A stretch of DNA of 52,693 nt from positions 1-52,693 of the forward strand of contig JALJEE010001255.1 in NCBI GenBank assembly GCA_023231475.1. The letters run 5' to 3'. The notes beneath the pieces are model-generated. The model saw only the letters and a program-made list of their open reading frames with translations, ran no database searches and was not told where the DNA came from. This DNA is from Seison nebaliae (lineage: Eukaryota). Numbering within the stretch: position 1 is the stretch's first letter; the number at the start of each line of letters is the position of its first letter. A program made the translations under genes and the position numbers. This document shows positions 51,507 through 52,693 of the stretch, in pieces.

Positions 51507-51990
51507 TTTTTTTTTTTTTTTTTTTTATTAATCATGTCAAATCCCCGCGGGGTAAATTATAGAGAAAAAAGATAACTCTTTAAAGGAGTTATTTGAAAGA
51601 AGGTTCCTACCGCCATCAATATACTCTTTGAGTGATTCAGGAACAAAAGCACTAATATCAAAGTTCGATATTAGTGATAACGAATCGTCGAGAGAAGACG
51701 AAAAGTCAATGGAATAGTATCGGAAGAAAAATTGAAGAGGCGACGAGAAGCTCTCACATTGTGTATACGTTGGAACGGGAAGAGCCGATCCGGAAACCGA
51801 ATCAACTACTTTCAGGTACCTCTGTGCCAGGAGTAGCGGCAGAGGAGTCAATTCGCATATCGTGAACATAAAAGCTCTATTGAAAGGCTTGTGACAACCG
51901 AGCATCATCCGAACTGTTCTATTATAAGTTCGATCAAGGCATCGTAATGACTTTTCTGTATTCGAGATAGAAACTGGCAGCCTAGACAAA
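51507..51990 (-). mobile_element. 5'-truncated LINE copy with a 20-nt A-tail
   Basis: LRCLDRTYNRTVRMMLGCHKPFNRAFMFTICELTPLPLLLAQRYLK resembles LINE ORF2 post-RT sequence; stop at 51537, then AATAAA and A20 (T-run 51507-51526); homologous to 1-354. The 5' boundary is approximate. Confidence 0.7.
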
Positions 51991-52296
51991 ATTGTCCAGA
52001 CAATATTAAAAAATATGACATTGTCGGACATTAAATTGTCATATTCAAAAGATGAGAAATTTAATTGAAAAAAAACACAAGTACTTATCTTTGAACGGTT
52101 TCATGTATATTTGAACTTCTACATGATGAACTTCTACGTAACATAACGATTCCTTCAATTGAAAATTTCCCATTCTCATCTATTACTTGTCAACATTTTC
52201 TTCCTCTGTTAATATTCAATTCTGTTTGGACTATTTAAATTAAATTTCTTCTCGTCCATAAAAATAAAGTTACTCCGCGGTGGTAGTTTTTCTGTT

Positions 52297-52379
52297 TACC
52301 CTGTAAGCATTTGAATGTCTTGAGAACGTTTATATACATCAAAAAAACGTTCTCAAGACATTCAAATGCCAACAGGGTA
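52297..52379. repeat. 83-nt near-perfect hairpin (35-bp arms), TA-bounded, MITE-like
   Basis: TACCCTGT-aa-GCATTTGAATGTCTTGAGAACGTTT ... AAACGTTCTCAAGACATTCAAATGC-ca-ACAGGGTA. Confidence 0.85.
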
Positions 52380-52693
52380 GTTTATTGCGATTGTGAGAAG
52401 TTGTATAATCAACTTGACGATGAGAATTTACACTCTCACAAAGTTAAAATATAAAACTGTCAGTTAGAAATATATTTGGAAGCAATAATTTTTAAATCAT
52501 AATATTTAGTTTTGTATTGTGCAGGAAAAAAGAGATCACTGTTCTAAAGATTAGAGTTCTGATAAAAATTTCGAATTTCGACATTTGTTTTTGTGATAAT
52601 AGTCGTGAATATTTCCATATGTATTGTTAGACTTTTCTCCATGAAGAATTTCACATAAATGACACATATCCCATAAATGTCGTTTCTCTTGTC

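Noticed and set aside
1..51990. Inverted homologous sequences at both window ends as termini of one giant transposon
   Set aside because: They are diverged, coding-derived and A-tailed, as expected for independent LINE insertions, and enclose ordinary housekeeping genes.
52297..52318. TACCCTGTA start matching the miR-10 5' end
   Set aside because: The match ends after 9 nt, the stem is too long and perfect, and there is no basal stem for Drosha.

Overview
AT-rich, compact animal genomic DNA. The fragmented ORF track is explained by many tiny (about 40-80 nt) spliceosomal introns. Hand-spliced genes in order: IFT122 (with an upstream RFX X-box), tRNA-Lys(UUU), an unnamed secreted protein, an SLC22-type MFS transporter, two-pore channel TPC3, a ~14 kb gene-poor region, an intronless Ig/FN3 receptor (possibly Ihog/CDON/BOC-like), DUS1L, GPAA1, TMEM181 (split by a 4.55 kb intron holding three nested genes), PNPLA8, an acidic secreted protein and a nanos with an expanded first zinc knuckle. 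There are also two LINE 3' fragments and several MITE-like inverted repeats. The most striking signal is the splice code: about 56 of the 58 introns I reconstructed begin with GTT rather than GTR(AG), and about 13 end in AAG, suggesting a divergent 5' splice-site recognition system. The genome style resembles a reduced spiralian such as a syndermatan (rotifer relative); that assignment is inference only. All exon structures were derived by eye from reading frame and remembered protein homology, without transcript evidence.
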